Numbered from the stretch's first letter, positions 51,057 to 63,081 are shown. The stretch: DNA of 64,000 nucleotides from an uncultured Aliarcobacter sp. (GCA_963664305.2 CAXXLV010000002.1:1184001-1248000); one strand, 5' to 3'. Numbers and translations: made by a program. Notes: generated from the sequence alone by a model not told the origin.

Positions 51057-51987
51057 AAATAATAAACCTAAAATTGCTATTAGTATTGGAGATTTAAATG
51101 GTATTGGAATTGAAATAGCATTTAAATGTCATGAAGAAATTTCTAAAATTTGTCACCCTATTTATTGTATAAATAACAAAATGCTAAAAAGAGCAGCGAA
51201 TGAACTTAAAGTTGAAATTCCAGAAGATTTTGAAATATTTAAAACAAAAGGTGAATTTGATTTAAAACCTGGAACTGTTTCTAAAAAATCAGGTAAATAT
51301 TCATTTAACTCTTTTATGGATGCAATTAATCTTGCAAATTTAAAAGAAGTAGACGCAATTTGTACTCTTCCTATAAATAAAGAATCTTGGAATAAAGCTG
51401 AAATAAAATATAAAGGTCATACTGAAGTTTTAAGAGACTATTTTGGAAAACATGCAATTATGATGCTTGGTTGCGAAAAAATGTTTGTTGCACTTTTTAC
51501 AGAGCATATTCCTCTTAGAAAAGTTGCAAAAAAAATAGATGAAGAGGATTTAACTTTATTCTTAATTGATTTATATAACAATGTAAAAAGTGAAAATATT
51601 GGTGTTCTTGGTTTAAACCCTCACGCAAGTGATAATGGTGTTTTAGGTGATGAAGAAGTTCAAATTTTCAAAGCTATAAAAAAAGCAAATAAACATTTTG
51701 AAAAAAACATTTTTAAAGGTCCACTTGTTCCTGATACTGCATTTTCTCCACTTTCAAGAAAAAATTTTAAATACTTTGTTGCAATGTATCATGACCAAGG
51801 TTTAGCTCCATTAAAAGCTTTATATTTTGAAGAAAGTATAAATGTAAGTCTAAATTTACCAATAATTAGAACTTCTGTTGACCATGGAACTGCTTTTAAT
51901 ATCGCATATAAAAATGAAAATATCAATACTCAAAGTTATATAAATGCAATAAAAGAAGCTATAAATCTAATCTCTATGAAAAAATGA
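51049..51987 (+). CDS. pdxA: 4-hydroxythreonine-4-phosphate dehydrogenase
   Basis: GHTE, GLNPHA, MYHDQGL, RTSVDHGTA. Confidence 0.97.
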   Translation: MIENNKPKIAISIGDLNGIGIEIAFKCHEEISKICHPIYCINNKMLKRAANELKVEIPEDFEIFKTKGEFDLKPGTVSKKSGKYSFNSFMDAINLANLKEVDAICTLPINKESWNKAEIKYKGHTEVLRDYFGKHAIMMLGCEKMFVALFTEHIPLRKVAKKIDEEDLTLFLIDLYNNVKSENIGVLGLNPHASDNGVLGDEEVQIFKAIKKANKHFEKNIFKGPLVPDTAFSPLSRKNFKYFVAMYHDQGLAPLKALYFEESINVSLNLPIIRTSVDHGTAFNIAYKNENINTQSYINAIKEAINLISMKK

Positions 51988-53051
51988 AAAGCCTAGAAAC
52001 TTGTTATGAAATTAATTTCTCAAAAATTAATTTCATAGAAAGAAAAGTAAAAATAACAAATCCAAAAACTATAATTAGTGGTGCTTCAAAAACTGGAAAA
52101 ACCTATTTAATTTATGATTTTTTGTCTAATTTCAAATCAAATGAATATCTTTATATTGATTTTTCTGATTTAAGAAATGATTTAATTGAAATTGCTAAAA
52201 ATTTAGAAGAATTTATCAAAAAAAATGAAATTATTGTTTTAATACTAGAAAATTTTGAATTTCAATTCTCAATTCCTGAATGTGAAAATATAATAATTTC
52301 AACAACAAATAACCAAATTATAGAAGGTTTTGAACATATAAACCTAAATGCTTTAGATTTTGAAGAGTATTTATTACATGATAATAAACATCAAAATATT
52401 ACTCAAAGTTTTAATAGTTTTTTAAAATTTGGAAATCTTCCAGAAATTATAAACCTAGAAGAACATAAAAAAATTCAACGTTTACAAGAGATAATTAGAC
52501 TGATTTGTAAAGATGAAACGCAATATGAAATACTAAAAATAATGATTGAAAATATTGATGAAAAAAAATCTCTTTTCCAATTGTTTAACTCACTAAAAAC
52601 AAAAATTAAACTTTCAAAAGATAAATTTTATGAAGTATGTAAAATATTAGAAAATAGTAGAATTATCTATTTTTTACCAAAATATAATCAAGAAAAATCA
52701 ACAAAAAAGATTTTTTGTTACAACTACTCTTTTTTAAATGCCATTACTTATACAAAAAAATTTAAAAATGAATTTTCTAATATGATTTTTTTGGAATTAA
52801 TAAATAAATATGAAGAAATTTATTACTATGAACAAATTGATTTTTATATAAAATCGAAAAATATAGCTGTTGTTTCTATACCATTTTTTAATACTTTCTT
52901 GAATAATAATTTAATAAAAAAAATTATTAAAAATGCACTTGAACTAAATATAAAAGAGATAAATATTATAACTATCTCAAATAGTGAAAAAATTCATGAC
53001 CCAAAAATCAAAATAAATGTAATTCCTTTTTATGAATGGGCAATAAGCTAA
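51984..53051 (+). CDS. AAA-type ATP-binding protein (DUF4143-like)
   Basis: GASKTGKT, LDFEEY, FGNLP, IDFY. Confidence 0.75.
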   Translation: MKSLETCYEINFSKINFIERKVKITNPKTIISGASKTGKTYLIYDFLSNFKSNEYLYIDFSDLRNDLIEIAKNLEEFIKKNEIIVLILENFEFQFSIPECENIIISTTNNQIIEGFEHINLNALDFEEYLLHDNKHQNITQSFNSFLKFGNLPEIINLEEHKKIQRLQEIIRLICKDETQYEILKIMIENIDEKKSLFQLFNSLKTKIKLSKDKFYEVCKILENSRIIYFLPKYNQEKSTKKIFCYNYSFLNAITYTKKFKNEFSNMIFLELINKYEEIYYYEQIDFYIKSKNIAVVSIPFFNTFLNNNLIKKIIKNALELNIKEINIITISNSEKIHDPKIKINVIPFYEWAIS

Positions 53052-53077
53052 GAATTTGTTAATGATTTTTTAGATAA

Positions 53078-53815
<738 letters not shown>

Positions 53816-53834
53816 ATATCAAAAGGAAAGATTT

Positions 53835-54053
53835 ATGATTAGATTAGAAGAAAGAATTTCAAAAGCATTAAAACAAGTTGATAATGATAGATATATTTTA
53901 GCAATTGCTGTTGGGCAAAGAGCAGATGAATTAAGTAAAGGTGCTAAACCATTATTAGAATTAAACACTCAAAAAATGAAATATACTGATATTGCTATTG
54001 ATGAAATTGCAGCAGGTCTTCTAAAAATTGAAGGATTTATAGATAAAAAATAG
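53835..54053 (+). CDS. rpoZ: RNA polymerase omega subunit
   Basis: DRYILAIAVGQRA, located between pyrH and spoT. Confidence 0.93.
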   Translation: MIRLEERISKALKQVDNDRYILAIAVGQRADELSKGAKPLLELNTQKMKYTDIAIDEIAAGLLKIEGFIDKK

Positions 54054-54078
54054 AGATAAGTTAAAAAACTTACCTCTA
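54051..54078 (+). other. Hairpin between rpoZ and spoT
   Basis: TAGAGATAAGTT...AACTTACCTCTA imperfect inverted repeat with no U tract. Confidence 0.4.
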
Positions 54079-54091
54079 GGTCTTAGATAAT

Positions 54092-56236
54092 ATGGATCAA
54101 TTTTTCAAAGAAATTCAACATATAAACAATGTTGATGATGCTATTAACAAATTAAAAACTCAAATTGACATTTCTCCAAAATTATATGAAATTATAAATT
54201 TTATTATTGAGGCCCATGAAGGTCAATTTAGAAAAAGTGGTGAGCCTTATTGTGTTCATCCAATCTTAGTTGCTTGTATAACTGCAAGTTTTTCAAAAGA
54301 TGAAGCTGTTATTGCTACAGCTTTACTTCATGATGTAGTTGAAGATACTCCTTATAACTTAGAATATGTAAAAGAGACTTGGGGCAGTGATATTGCTCAT
54401 ATGGTTGATGGACTAACAAAAATTGTAGAAATAAGAGAACACGAATTTGTAACTTCAAAAGATGCAAGTGATTCTAAAATTATTTCATCAGCTTTAACTT
54501 TTAGAAAAATGCTTATAGCATCAATTGATGATGTTAGAGTTTTAGTTGTAAAACTTTGTGACAGACTTCACAATATGCTTACACTTTCTGTATTGCCAGC
54601 AAATAAACAAAAAAGAATTGCAGAAGAAACTTTAGTTGTTTATGTTCCTATTGCAAATAGATTAGGTATTTCTACACTAAAAAATACTCTTGAAGATTTA
54701 GCATTTTTTTATATTTATCCAAATGAATACAAAAAGATTGATGCATTTTTAAAAGAGCATGAACACTCAATGCAATTAAGCTTTAATAATTTTATTACAA
54801 CTACAAAAACATTATTAGAAAAAAATGATTTTGATTTAAACAAAATTAAAATTTATTCAAGAATCAAACATCATTATTCTATTTATTTAAAAATGCAAAG
54901 AAAAGGAATTTCAATTGATGAAGTTTTAGATTTATTTGCAATTAGAATTTTAGTTGAAAACGATATAGATTGTTATAAAGTTTTAGGTTTTATTCATTTA
55001 GAATACAAACCTTTAATTTCTAGATTTAAAGATTATGTTGCAACTCCAAAAGAAAATGGTTATCAAACTATTCATACAACAGTATTTTACAACTCAAAAA
55101 TTTATGAAATTCAAATTCGTTCATTTGAAATGAATAAAATTGCTGAGTATGGAATTGCTGCCCATTGGATGTATAAAACTGGAGCAAAAAATACAACAAA
55201 TCTTAATTGGTTAAAATCATTAGAGTTCTCAAATGAAAATATTGAGGAATTTTATCAAGAAACAAAAGCTGATTTATATAGTGAAGAAATAATAGTTTAT
55301 TCACCAAAAGGTGAAGTATTCACTCTACCTGTTGGTTCAACTGCATATGATTTTGCTTTTGCAGTACATACAAATATAGGTAAACGTGCTGTTGCTTGTT
55401 ATATCAATAAAATTAAAAAACCTCTTTTAACTGTTTTAAAAAGTACAGATATTGTATCAATTGAAATTGGTGATGATACTGTTGTTCGATGTTCATGGAT
55501 TGAAATGGTAAAAACATCACGTGCAAAAAAACAAATAAAACTTTTATGTACGCATAGACAAAAAGAGATTGATGAACTTTCAGGAAAAAATATTATAAAT
55601 ACTATATTTTCAAGATATTATGAAGATATCACAAAAATTTATCCTATTGAATCATTATTTAAAATACCTCAAATATTAGATTTTTTAAAACACACAAAAT
55701 TAACAATTGAGAAAAATATAATAAGAGACAAGGGTTTAATGACAAGATTTAAAATTCTTACTAGTAAAATTAAAGAATTTAAATTTGATAACATCCTAAT
55801 ATATTCAAATTTTAGTATAAGTTCTGTATCATTTGACCATTGCTGTCATCCTAAATTTGGTGATGATATTGTTGCATTTAAAAATGGAAGTGAAGCAATA
55901 ATTCATCATAAAATGTGTGATAAAGCCTACAGTAAAATTAAAAACAATCAAGAAATGCTTTTTTGTAAATGGACTCAAAATAGTGTTTATCAATATAAAA
56001 TGGTAATAAGTATTCCAAATACTAGAGGTGAGTTAGCAAAAGTTCTAACATATCTAGCACAATATGAGTTTTATATTTTGGGTGTTGATTTCGGAAGACA
56101 AAAACATTCTTATATTCAATATTGTGATATTGAATTTGAAACAAATAAAGCTAATATTGATGAAGTAAGAAAAATTGTAGAGAAAAAAGTAAAGGTTATT
56201 GAATTTTTTTCAAAAAAAGATGCTTATAACAAATAA
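54092..56236 (+). CDS. spoT: Bifunctional (p)ppGpp synthetase/hydrolase
   Basis: RKSGEPY, LHDVVED, DRLHNM, PKENGYQTIHT, TGS and ACT domains. Confidence 0.97.
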   Translation: MDQFFKEIQHINNVDDAINKLKTQIDISPKLYEIINFIIEAHEGQFRKSGEPYCVHPILVACITASFSKDEAVIATALLHDVVEDTPYNLEYVKETWGSDIAHMVDGLTKIVEIREHEFVTSKDASDSKIISSALTFRKMLIASIDDVRVLVVKLCDRLHNMLTLSVLPANKQKRIAEETLVVYVPIANRLGISTLKNTLEDLAFFYIYPNEYKKIDAFLKEHEHSMQLSFNNFITTTKTLLEKNDFDLNKIKIYSRIKHHYSIYLKMQRKGISIDEVLDLFAIRILVENDIDCYKVLGFIHLEYKPLISRFKDYVATPKENGYQTIHTTVFYNSKIYEIQIRSFEMNKIAEYGIAAHWMYKTGAKNTTNLNWLKSLEFSNENIEEFYQETKADLYSEEIIVYSPKGEVFTLPVGSTAYDFAFAVHTNIGKRAVACYINKIKKPLLTVLKSTDIVSIEIGDDTVVRCSWIEMVKTSRAKKQIKLLCTHRQKEIDELSGKNIINTIFSRYYEDITKIYPIESLFKIPQILDFLKHTKLTIEKNIIRDKGLMTRFKILTSKIKEFKFDNILIYSNFSISSVSFDHCCHPKFGDDIVAFKNGSEAIIHHKMCDKAYSKIKNNQEMLFCKWTQNSVYQYKMVISIPNTRGELAKVLTYLAQYEFYILGVDFGRQKHSYIQYCDIEFETNKANIDEVRKIVEKKVKVIEFFSKKDAYNK

Positions 56237-56255
56237 TTAAAGGGTTAAAAAATTA

Positions 56256-57464
56256 ATGGAAAATAGAGTTCAAGAAGCGTTAAATGAAATAAAAAGAGGA
56301 ATTGCTGAAATTATTGATATTGAAGCAATTGAAAAATTAATAAGAAAATATTTTGAAACTGGTGAGAATTTTTTTGTAAAAGCAGGTTTTGATCCAACAG
56401 CTCCTGATTTACATTTAGGACATACTGTATTAATCCAAAAACTTGCAACTTTCCAAAAATTTGGAGGAATAGTACAATTTTTAATTGGAGATTTTACAGC
56501 AACAATTGGGGACCCAACTGGAAAAAGTGAAACTAGAAAAGTTTTAAGTAGTGAACAAGTTCTAAAAAATGCTGAAACATATAAAGAGCAAGTATTTAAG
56601 ATTTTAGAAGCAGAAAAAACACAAGTTATGTTTAATAGTACTTGGTTAAAAGAGTTAGGAACAGGTGGATTAATTGCACTTGCTTCAAATTTAACAGTTG
56701 CAAGAATGTTAGAGCGTGATGATTTTTCAAAAAGATATGCATCAAATACTCCAATTGCTGTAAGTGAATTTATGTATCCCCTACTTCAGGGTTATGATTC
56801 GGTTGCAATGAATACTGATATTGAGCTTGGTGGAACAGACCAAAAATTCAATCTTTTAATGGGAAGAACTCTACAAAAAGCTTATAATTGTAAAAAACAA
56901 CAAGCTGTTTTAATGATGCCAATCCTTGAAGGTCTTGATGGTGTTCAAAAAATGTCAAAATCATTAGGTAACTATATTGGTGTTACTGATGAACCATTTG
57001 ATATGTTTGGAAAAGTTCTTTCAATCTCAGATGAGTTAATGTGGAGATATTATGAATTATTATCAGCTAAATCATTAGTTGAAATTAATGCTTTAAAAGA
57101 AGGTGTTAATGATGGTTCTAAACATCCTAAAAAAGTAAAAGAAGAATTAGCAATGGAAATTGTTGATAGATTCCATGGTGCAGGTTTTGGAGAAAAAGCA
57201 AAAGAAGAATTTGAAAAAGTTTTTGCAAAAAAAGATATTCCAACAGATATGCCTGAATTTACATTTGAGGCCCCAGCTTGGATTTGTCAAGCATTAGTTG
57301 ATTCTAAATTAGTTGATTCAACTTCTCAAGCAAGAAGAGATATAAAAGCAAATGCAGTATCAATAAATCAAGAAAAAATAAGTGATGATAAGTTAAATTT
57401 AGAAAAAGGTGAATACATTTTACAAAAAGGTAAAAAAAGTTTCGCTAAGATAGTAATAAAATAG
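56256..57464 (+). CDS. tyrS: Tyrosine--tRNA ligase
   Basis: [23 protein letters not shown]. Confidence 0.98.
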   Translation: MENRVQEALNEIKRGIAEIIDIEAIEKLIRKYFETGENFFVKAGFDPTAPDLHLGHTVLIQKLATFQKFGGIVQFLIGDFTATIGDPTGKSETRKVLSSEQVLKNAETYKEQVFKILEAEKTQVMFNSTWLKELGTGGLIALASNLTVARMLERDDFSKRYASNTPIAVSEFMYPLLQGYDSVAMNTDIELGGTDQKFNLLMGRTLQKAYNCKKQQAVLMMPILEGLDGVQKMSKSLGNYIGVTDEPFDMFGKVLSISDELMWRYYELLSAKSLVEINALKEGVNDGSKHPKKVKEELAMEIVDRFHGAGFGEKAKEEFEKVFAKKDIPTDMPEFTFEAPAWICQALVDSKLVDSTSQARRDIKANAVSINQEKISDDKLNLEKGEYILQKGKKSFAKIVIK

Positions 57465-57475
57465 AAAGGCTAATT

Positions 57476-58555
57476 TTGAAAATAGGAAAGTATGAAATAA
57501 AGCATCCAATTATCCAAGGTGGAATGGGTGTAGGTATTAGTTGGGATCAATTAGCTGGAAACGTAAGTTTAGAGGGTGGTCTTGGTGTAATTTCTGGTGT
57601 TGGAACTGGTTATTATAAAAACTTAAGTGAAAATGTTCACATCATTACAAAAAAAGATAAACCAAAAGATGTTGTGAATTTTTATTGTAAAGATGCTTTA
57701 AAAGAAATATTTGCAAATGCAAGAAAAATTTGTGGTGATGCACCACTTGCTTGTAATGTTTTATATGCAATTAATGATTATGGAAGAGTAGTTCATGATG
57801 CTTGTGAAGCAGGAGCAAATATTATAATTACAGGTGCAGGTATTCCTACAAATATGCCTGAATTTACAAAAGATTTTCCAGATGTTGCATTAGTTCCTAT
57901 TGTTTCAAGTGCAAGAGCTTTAAAATTAATTTGTAAAAAATGGCAAAGATACAACAAAATTCCTGATGCTGTAATTGTAGAAGGTCCTTTAAGTGGTGGA
58001 CACCAAGGATTTAAATATGAAGATTGTTACAAAGAAGAGTTCCAATTAGAAAACATTGTTCCTCCTGTTATTGAAGAAGCAAAAAACTGGGGAAATATTC
58101 CAATTATTGCAGCTGGTGGAATTTGGGATAAAAAAGATATTGATAAATTTTTAGCAATGGGTTGTGTTGGTGTGCAAATGGCAACAAGATTCATTGGTAC
58201 ATTTGAATGTGATGCTGATAATAAATTTAAAGATGTTCTTTTAAATGCAAAAGAAGAAGATATTCAATTAATGAAATCTCCAGTTGGACTTCCAGCACGT
58301 GGTGTTAGAACAAATTTACAATTCTCAATTGAAAATCACACAGCACCAAAGGTTCAATGTATTTCAAATTGTGTAGCACCATGTAATAGAGGACATGAAG
58401 CTAAATTGGTTGGTTATTGTATTGCAGATAGATTAGGTGCAGCATATAAAGGTGATGTTGAAACTGGTTTATTTTTCTCTGGTTCAAATGGTTATAAAAT
58501 TGATAAAATCATCTCAGTTAAAGAATTAATGCAAAAATTAACAGTTGGAGAATAG
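57476..58555 (+). CDS. fabX: Nitronate monooxygenase-family flavoprotein, probable FabX (decanoyl-ACP dehydrogenase/isomerase)
   Basis: IIQGGMGVG, SGGHQG and Cys motif CISNCVAPC...YC. Same position (tyrS-X-amiA) as Helicobacter fabX. Confidence 0.75.
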   Translation: MKIGKYEIKHPIIQGGMGVGISWDQLAGNVSLEGGLGVISGVGTGYYKNLSENVHIITKKDKPKDVVNFYCKDALKEIFANARKICGDAPLACNVLYAINDYGRVVHDACEAGANIIITGAGIPTNMPEFTKDFPDVALVPIVSSARALKLICKKWQRYNKIPDAVIVEGPLSGGHQGFKYEDCYKEEFQLENIVPPVIEEAKNWGNIPIIAAGGIWDKKDIDKFLAMGCVGVQMATRFIGTFECDADNKFKDVLLNAKEEDIQLMKSPVGLPARGVRTNLQFSIENHTAPKVQCISNCVAPCNRGHEAKLVGYCIADRLGAAYKGDVETGLFFSGSNGYKIDKIISVKELMQKLTVGE

Positions 58556-58557
58556 AA

Positions 58558-60327
58558 ATTTTTAAAAACTTTTTTATTCTAATTTTTTCATTTAATATAT
58601 TATTTGCAAATGCTAGTTTTGATGCTTTAGAACAGCAATACAGATCTGCAAAAATAGAATTTTTAAAAGCTGCTCTCAAAAAAGATGAGCAGCTAAAAAT
58701 TGATGAACTAAAAAAAGTAATAGAATTAGGTGAAAAATTAAATAAAGATACGAGACCTGACAAAAAGAAACTAGAAATACTTTTATCAAAACAAGATAAT
58801 AGTGTAAAATCAACAAATACAACTACTTCAATAAAAACTACTGAAAATAAAGAAGTAGAAAAAAATAATTCATCATCAAATATTCTTTATTCAATACAAT
58901 CTGTTTCAACATCAAGTAATACAATTATTATAGATTTTAATGTTGATGTTAGTAAAGATGATATTAAATTTTTTAGACTAAATCAAGCATCAGTATATAA
59001 AAGTATAATTGATATAAATGGTTATTTTAAAGATGCTATTCCTACAAAATTATCAATAAATGGAGTTGATAATATAACGTTAGGACAATTCAAACCGAAT
59101 GTTCTTAGAATTGTTTTATCTGATTCTAAAAAATTAGATTTTTCGTATAGTATGACTAAAAGACAAATCATAGTTAAAATCAATAATATTGCTCCAATTA
59201 TAGAGAAAAAAGAACCTGTAATAAATAAAGAAGTAGAAAAAATAGTAACTCCACCTACTGAAAAAAATGAAGAACCTTCAAATAATGAATATATTGATTC
59301 AGAAAACCCAATCAGGTCAATTTCAAGTGAAGATAATAAAATTGTTGTTAAATTCAATAAAGATTATTTTAAAGGTAATGTTAAATTCAGAACTTTAAAA
59401 CAAAATGGGAATTATGAAAATATTTTTGATATTACAGGAAAATATAAATATATTGATCCAACAAAACTTGAAATTGATGGAATTGATAAAATTATCACAA
59501 CATCAAATAGCAATAAATCTGTAAGAATAAGATTAATCAATAAATCTAATACAAAAGTAAATTACACTTTAAATAAAAGAGAATTAATCATTTCGACTAA
59601 TTCTGTAAAAAACAATGTAAACAATAATATTCCACCAAAAACTATTGATAAAACAATTGTTATTGATGCAGGACATGGTGCAGATGATGTTGGTGCAGTA
59701 GGTCCAAATAAAAGATATGAAAAAGTTATAAATCTAAATGTAGCAAAATATTTATACTCTATTTTGAAACAAAGAGGTTATACAAAAGTATATCTAACAA
59801 GAAATAATGATACTTTCATAAAAGTTATGGACAGAACTATTTTAGCAAATGAAAAAAATGCAGATATATTTATTTCTATTCATACAAATGCTGTTCCAAA
59901 AGAAAAAGCAAATGTAACAACTGGTATTGAAACATTTTTCTTAAGTCCAGCAAGAAGTGAAAGAGCAAAAAGAGTTGCTGCACTTGAAAATAAATCAGAT
60001 ATTAGAGAGATGAATGAATCAACAAAAGATACATTCTTAGAATCATTAAATAGACCAAGAATAACTGCTTCACATAAATTAGCAATTGATGTTCAAGCAG
60101 GTATTTTACAATCTGCTAGAACAAAATATAAAGATATAAATGACTCTGGTGTAAGAGAAGGTCCATTTTGGGTTTTAGTTGGAGCACAAATGCCTTCTAT
60201 TTTAGTTGAGCTTGGATATGTTTCTCATCCAGAAGAAAGTAGAAGATTATACGATAAGAACTATCAACAACTATTAGCAAATGGTATTGCTAATGGTGTA
60301 GATTCTTACTTTTTAAAAAATCCTTAA
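58558..60327 (+). CDS. amiA: N-acetylmuramoyl-L-alanine amidase. Extended to a probable ATT start.
   Basis: IDAGHG, FISIHTN, LVELGY. Frame is open upstream of 59152 to a signal peptide at 58558. Confidence 0.9.
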   Translation: MFKNFFILIFSFNILFANASFDALEQQYRSAKIEFLKAALKKDEQLKIDELKKVIELGEKLNKDTRPDKKKLEILLSKQDNSVKSTNTTTSIKTTENKEVEKNNSSSNILYSIQSVSTSSNTIIIDFNVDVSKDDIKFFRLNQASVYKSIIDINGYFKDAIPTKLSINGVDNITLGQFKPNVLRIVLSDSKKLDFSYSMTKRQIIVKINNIAPIIEKKEPVINKEVEKIVTPPTEKNEEPSNNEYIDSENPIRSISSEDNKIVVKFNKDYFKGNVKFRTLKQNGNYENIFDITGKYKYIDPTKLEIDGIDKIITTSNSNKSVRIRLINKSNTKVNYTLNKRELIISTNSVKNNVNNNIPPKTIDKTIVIDAGHGADDVGAVGPNKRYEKVINLNVAKYLYSILKQRGYTKVYLTRNNDTFIKVMDRTILANEKNADIFISIHTNAVPKEKANVTTGIETFFLSPARSERAKRVAALENKSDIREMNESTKDTFLESLNRPRITASHKLAIDVQAGILQSARTKYKDINDSGVREGPFWVLVGAQMPSILVELGYVSHPEESRRLYDKNYQQLLANGIANGVDSYFLKNP

Positions 60328-60736
60328 TATCATTTATTAAGTCTAGTTGTTTATTCTTAATTCTTGGAAGATTATCTAAAGAAAAAAACTTAACTTTAGA
60401 ATTTTCCCAAGATAAGTAATTATTTTTTAAAGTATCATTTGTAAAATATTTATCTAAGTCTTCAATATTTTTACTATTTACTAACCAAATACCAATATCT
60501 TTATCAATGTTTATTTGCTCAAAATAGTCTTCAAATAAAGCAATATCAACATTAATTGAACTCTCTTCTAAAAACTCTCTTTTAGCACATTCATATGCCG
60601 TTTCATTTTTATTTTTTGTTCCTTTTAAACAACCCCATTTATCTTTACTTGCAACTGAACGACAAAGAAGTATTTTTATAACATCATCTTTTACAGTATA
60701 CGGCACTAAGCCATAAGCTTTTACATGAGCTTTCAT
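60290..60736 (-). CDS. NUDIX hydrolase
   Basis: G-x5-E-x7-REFLEES Nudix box. Confidence 0.85.
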   Translation of the reverse strand: MKAHVKAYGLVPYTVKDDVIKILLCRSVASKDKWGCLKGTKNKNETAYECAKREFLEESSINVDIALFEDYFEQINIDKDIGIWLVNSKNIEDLDKYFTNDTLKNNYLSWENSKVKFFSLDNLPRIKNKQLDLINDIKDFLKSKNLHH

Positions 60737-60754
60737 TATTTTTTTAAGCCTTTA

Positions 60755-61822
60755 TTATGAATTTATTTTTTTATTATAGATATAAGTAGAAAGTATTAAC
60801 CAAATTAACATTGGAAAAAGTAAAGATAATTCAGGAATTATATTACCTGAACTTGTTAATTTAAATAACATAAAGAAAAATCCCCATACTATCAATGTTC
60901 CAAAAATTGAAAGAGATGTGAATTTACCTAAATTAAAAAATCTACTATTTAAAGAAGAGTATGCATAAACTAAAAGTATCATAGGCAATACAAAAAATGG
61001 AATTATGATTTGATTATAAATCACTCCTCTAATTTTTTGAGTATTAATTCCTTGTTCTTTTAATAAAATTAATGCAGATATTGCATCAAAAATAGAAAAA
61101 TCAGTTTTACTTTCATAAACATTATCCAGAATTTTAGGTTTAAATCCATCAAGTGTATGTAAAAACTTTTCATATCTGATATCTAATTTTGAATCATCCA
61201 CATTTATATTTTCAGGTTTATTTATGATTTTTACATCAACAACATACCATTTATTATTTTGGAAATATGCTTTATCTCCAATAATAGTTTCAACAACATC
61301 ACTATTATTAACTTTAAAAATATGTATATTTTCAGCTTTTTTTTCTAATGGTAATAACTTTTTAAAATATACGTAATAATCATTATATTTTAAAAAAATA
61401 TCACTTTTTGTACTTGTAAAATATTCATTATTTAAAATTTTTCTTTTTTGATCATAAGAATAAGCTAATGGAGTCATTTGCAATGCGATTAAAGAAAACA
61501 ATAAAAAAGTTGAGATAAAAACCACTGGCATAAATATCTCTTTTCTTGTTGCACCAAGAGCATTAAAGGCAACAAATTCATTGTTTCTAATAAAAACTAC
61601 TAGAGTAATTACCCACCCAAAAACTATTGATAATGGTAATGCAAGAGTTAATGTAAAAAAACTATTATATAAAACATAAAGTAACTGTAAGTTTGCAGAA
61701 GAAGGTATGTTTTTAAAGTTTTGTAAATAATCAATTCCAACAAAAAATAGTTCTAATGAAATTAAAACAATGAAAAAATTAATTATATATTTTTTTAAAA
61801 TAAATCTTGTTAGTATGCTCAT
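60755..61822 (-). CDS. lptG: LptF/LptG family LPS export permease
   Basis: 3+3 TM layout, RNNEFVAFNALG, next to pth. Confidence 0.85.
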   Translation of the reverse strand: MSILTRFILKKYIINFFIVLISLELFFVGIDYLQNFKNIPSSANLQLLYVLYNSFFTLTLALPLSIVFGWVITLVVFIRNNEFVAFNALGATRKEIFMPVVFISTFLLFSLIALQMTPLAYSYDQKRKILNNEYFTSTKSDIFLKYNDYYVYFKKLLPLEKKAENIHIFKVNNSDVVETIIGDKAYFQNNKWYVVDVKIINKPENINVDDSKLDIRYEKFLHTLDGFKPKILDNVYESKTDFSIFDAISALILLKEQGINTQKIRGVIYNQIIIPFFVLPMILLVYAYSSLNSRFFNLGKFTSLSIFGTLIVWGFFFMLFKLTSSGNIIPELSLLFPMLIWLILSTYIYNKKINS

Positions 61823-61824
61823 AT

Positions 61825-62376
61825 CTACTTCAATGAAAATTTTGATTTAACTAAATCGATTTCTTCAGTTTTAAGTGCTTCAATCGCTTTTATAGTGTGA
61901 GGTATTATATCTTGCAATTTATTTAACTCTTCTTTTGAAAAGTTACTTAATACATAATTTGCAACATCATTTTTATCAGCTGGTTTTCCTATTCCAATTC
62001 TAACTCTAATATACTCTTTTCCAATGTGTGAATCTAAAGATCTAAGTCCATTGTGTCCACCATGACCACCACCAATTTTAAACTTAACTGTGCCAAATGG
62101 TAAATCTAAATCATCATGAATTACTATGATATTTTCAATATCAATTTTGTAATACTCTTTTATTGCATGAACTGCAACTCCAGAATTATTCATATATGTT
62201 GTTGGTTTTGAAAAAAGATTGTAACCTGATTTTAATAAAGTTGATTGAAAGTTTGGATTGTTTACATTTGAAGTTGATAGGTTTTTAGTCATCTCATCGA
62301 TAACTAAAAAACCTACATTATGTCTTGTTAATTGATATTTTTCACCAATGTTACCAAGACCTACTATTAAATACAT
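61825..62376 (-). CDS. pth: Peptidyl-tRNA hydrolase
   Basis: VGLGN, TRHNVGF, GGHNGLRS. Confidence 0.98.
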   Translation of the reverse strand: MYLIVGLGNIGEKYQLTRHNVGFLVIDEMTKNLSTSNVNNPNFQSTLLKSGYNLFSKPTTYMNNSGVAVHAIKEYYKIDIENIIVIHDDLDLPFGTVKFKIGGGHGGHNGLRSLDSHIGKEYIRVRIGIGKPADKNDVANYVLSNFSKEELNKLQDIIPHTIKAIEALKTEEIDLVKSKFSLK

Positions 62377-62385
62377 AAATATTAA

Positions 62386-62922
62386 TTATTTAGCTTTAAT
62401 TACACCAACAACTGGTACTCTTGGATCTAAGAAACACTCTAAAGTTTCAGGTAAAGTTAAATCTCTAATTAAGATATTATCACCTGTATCTAAATTTGTT
62501 ACATCTAAAGTAATGTTATTTGGTAAGTTTTCAAGTGTACATTTTACAGGTACTCTTTTAGTATGAACCATTAAAAGACCTTTATTTTTAAGACCTTTAG
62601 CAATTCCTGTTGTTTTAACTGGAATTTTATATGAAGTTTTAACACCTGGTTGTGCAACCATTAAATCAACGTGTAATAACTCAGAAGTTAATGGACATTT
62701 TTGATATTCTTGAACTACAACTTTTACGATGTTTCCAGAAAGATTTACATCAAATGCTAATGTTTCTTTATTTCTTAAAAATTTAATGAATTCATTTTTT
62801 TTGAATGCCGCTGAAATGTTTTCTAAACCTTTACCGTAGATATTTGCAATTAAATATCCTTCTCTTCTTAAAGTTTTAGTAGCTTGTTTTGTCATACTAT
62901 CTCTAATGATACCCTCTAACAT
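62386..62922 (-). CDS. rplY: 50S ribosomal protein L25/Ctc
   Basis: [17 protein letters not shown], upstream of pth. Confidence 0.95.
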   Translation of the reverse strand: MLEGIIRDSMTKQATKTLRREGYLIANIYGKGLENISAAFKKNEFIKFLRNKETLAFDVNLSGNIVKVVVQEYQKCPLTSELLHVDLMVAQPGVKTSYKIPVKTTGIAKGLKNKGLLMVHTKRVPVKCTLENLPNNITLDVTNLDTGDNILIRDLTLPETLECFLDPRVPVVGVIKAK

Positions 62923-63081
62923 AACGATCCTTTGTGTTTAATTTTAATTTGAGTCGGGATTATATTCAAAGCTAACTAAATATTAGTTTAAGTTTTTATT
63001 AAAAATTTATTTAACTTTTATTAATAGAATTTTAGATAACATAATTGCCTCAATTAAAACAAATATATAAGGTTAAATCCA

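Noticed and set aside
51984..53051. AAA/DUF4143-like ATPase as a possible defence gene
   Set aside because: It is a single gene coupled to pdxA within a core region, with no partner genes to support a system.
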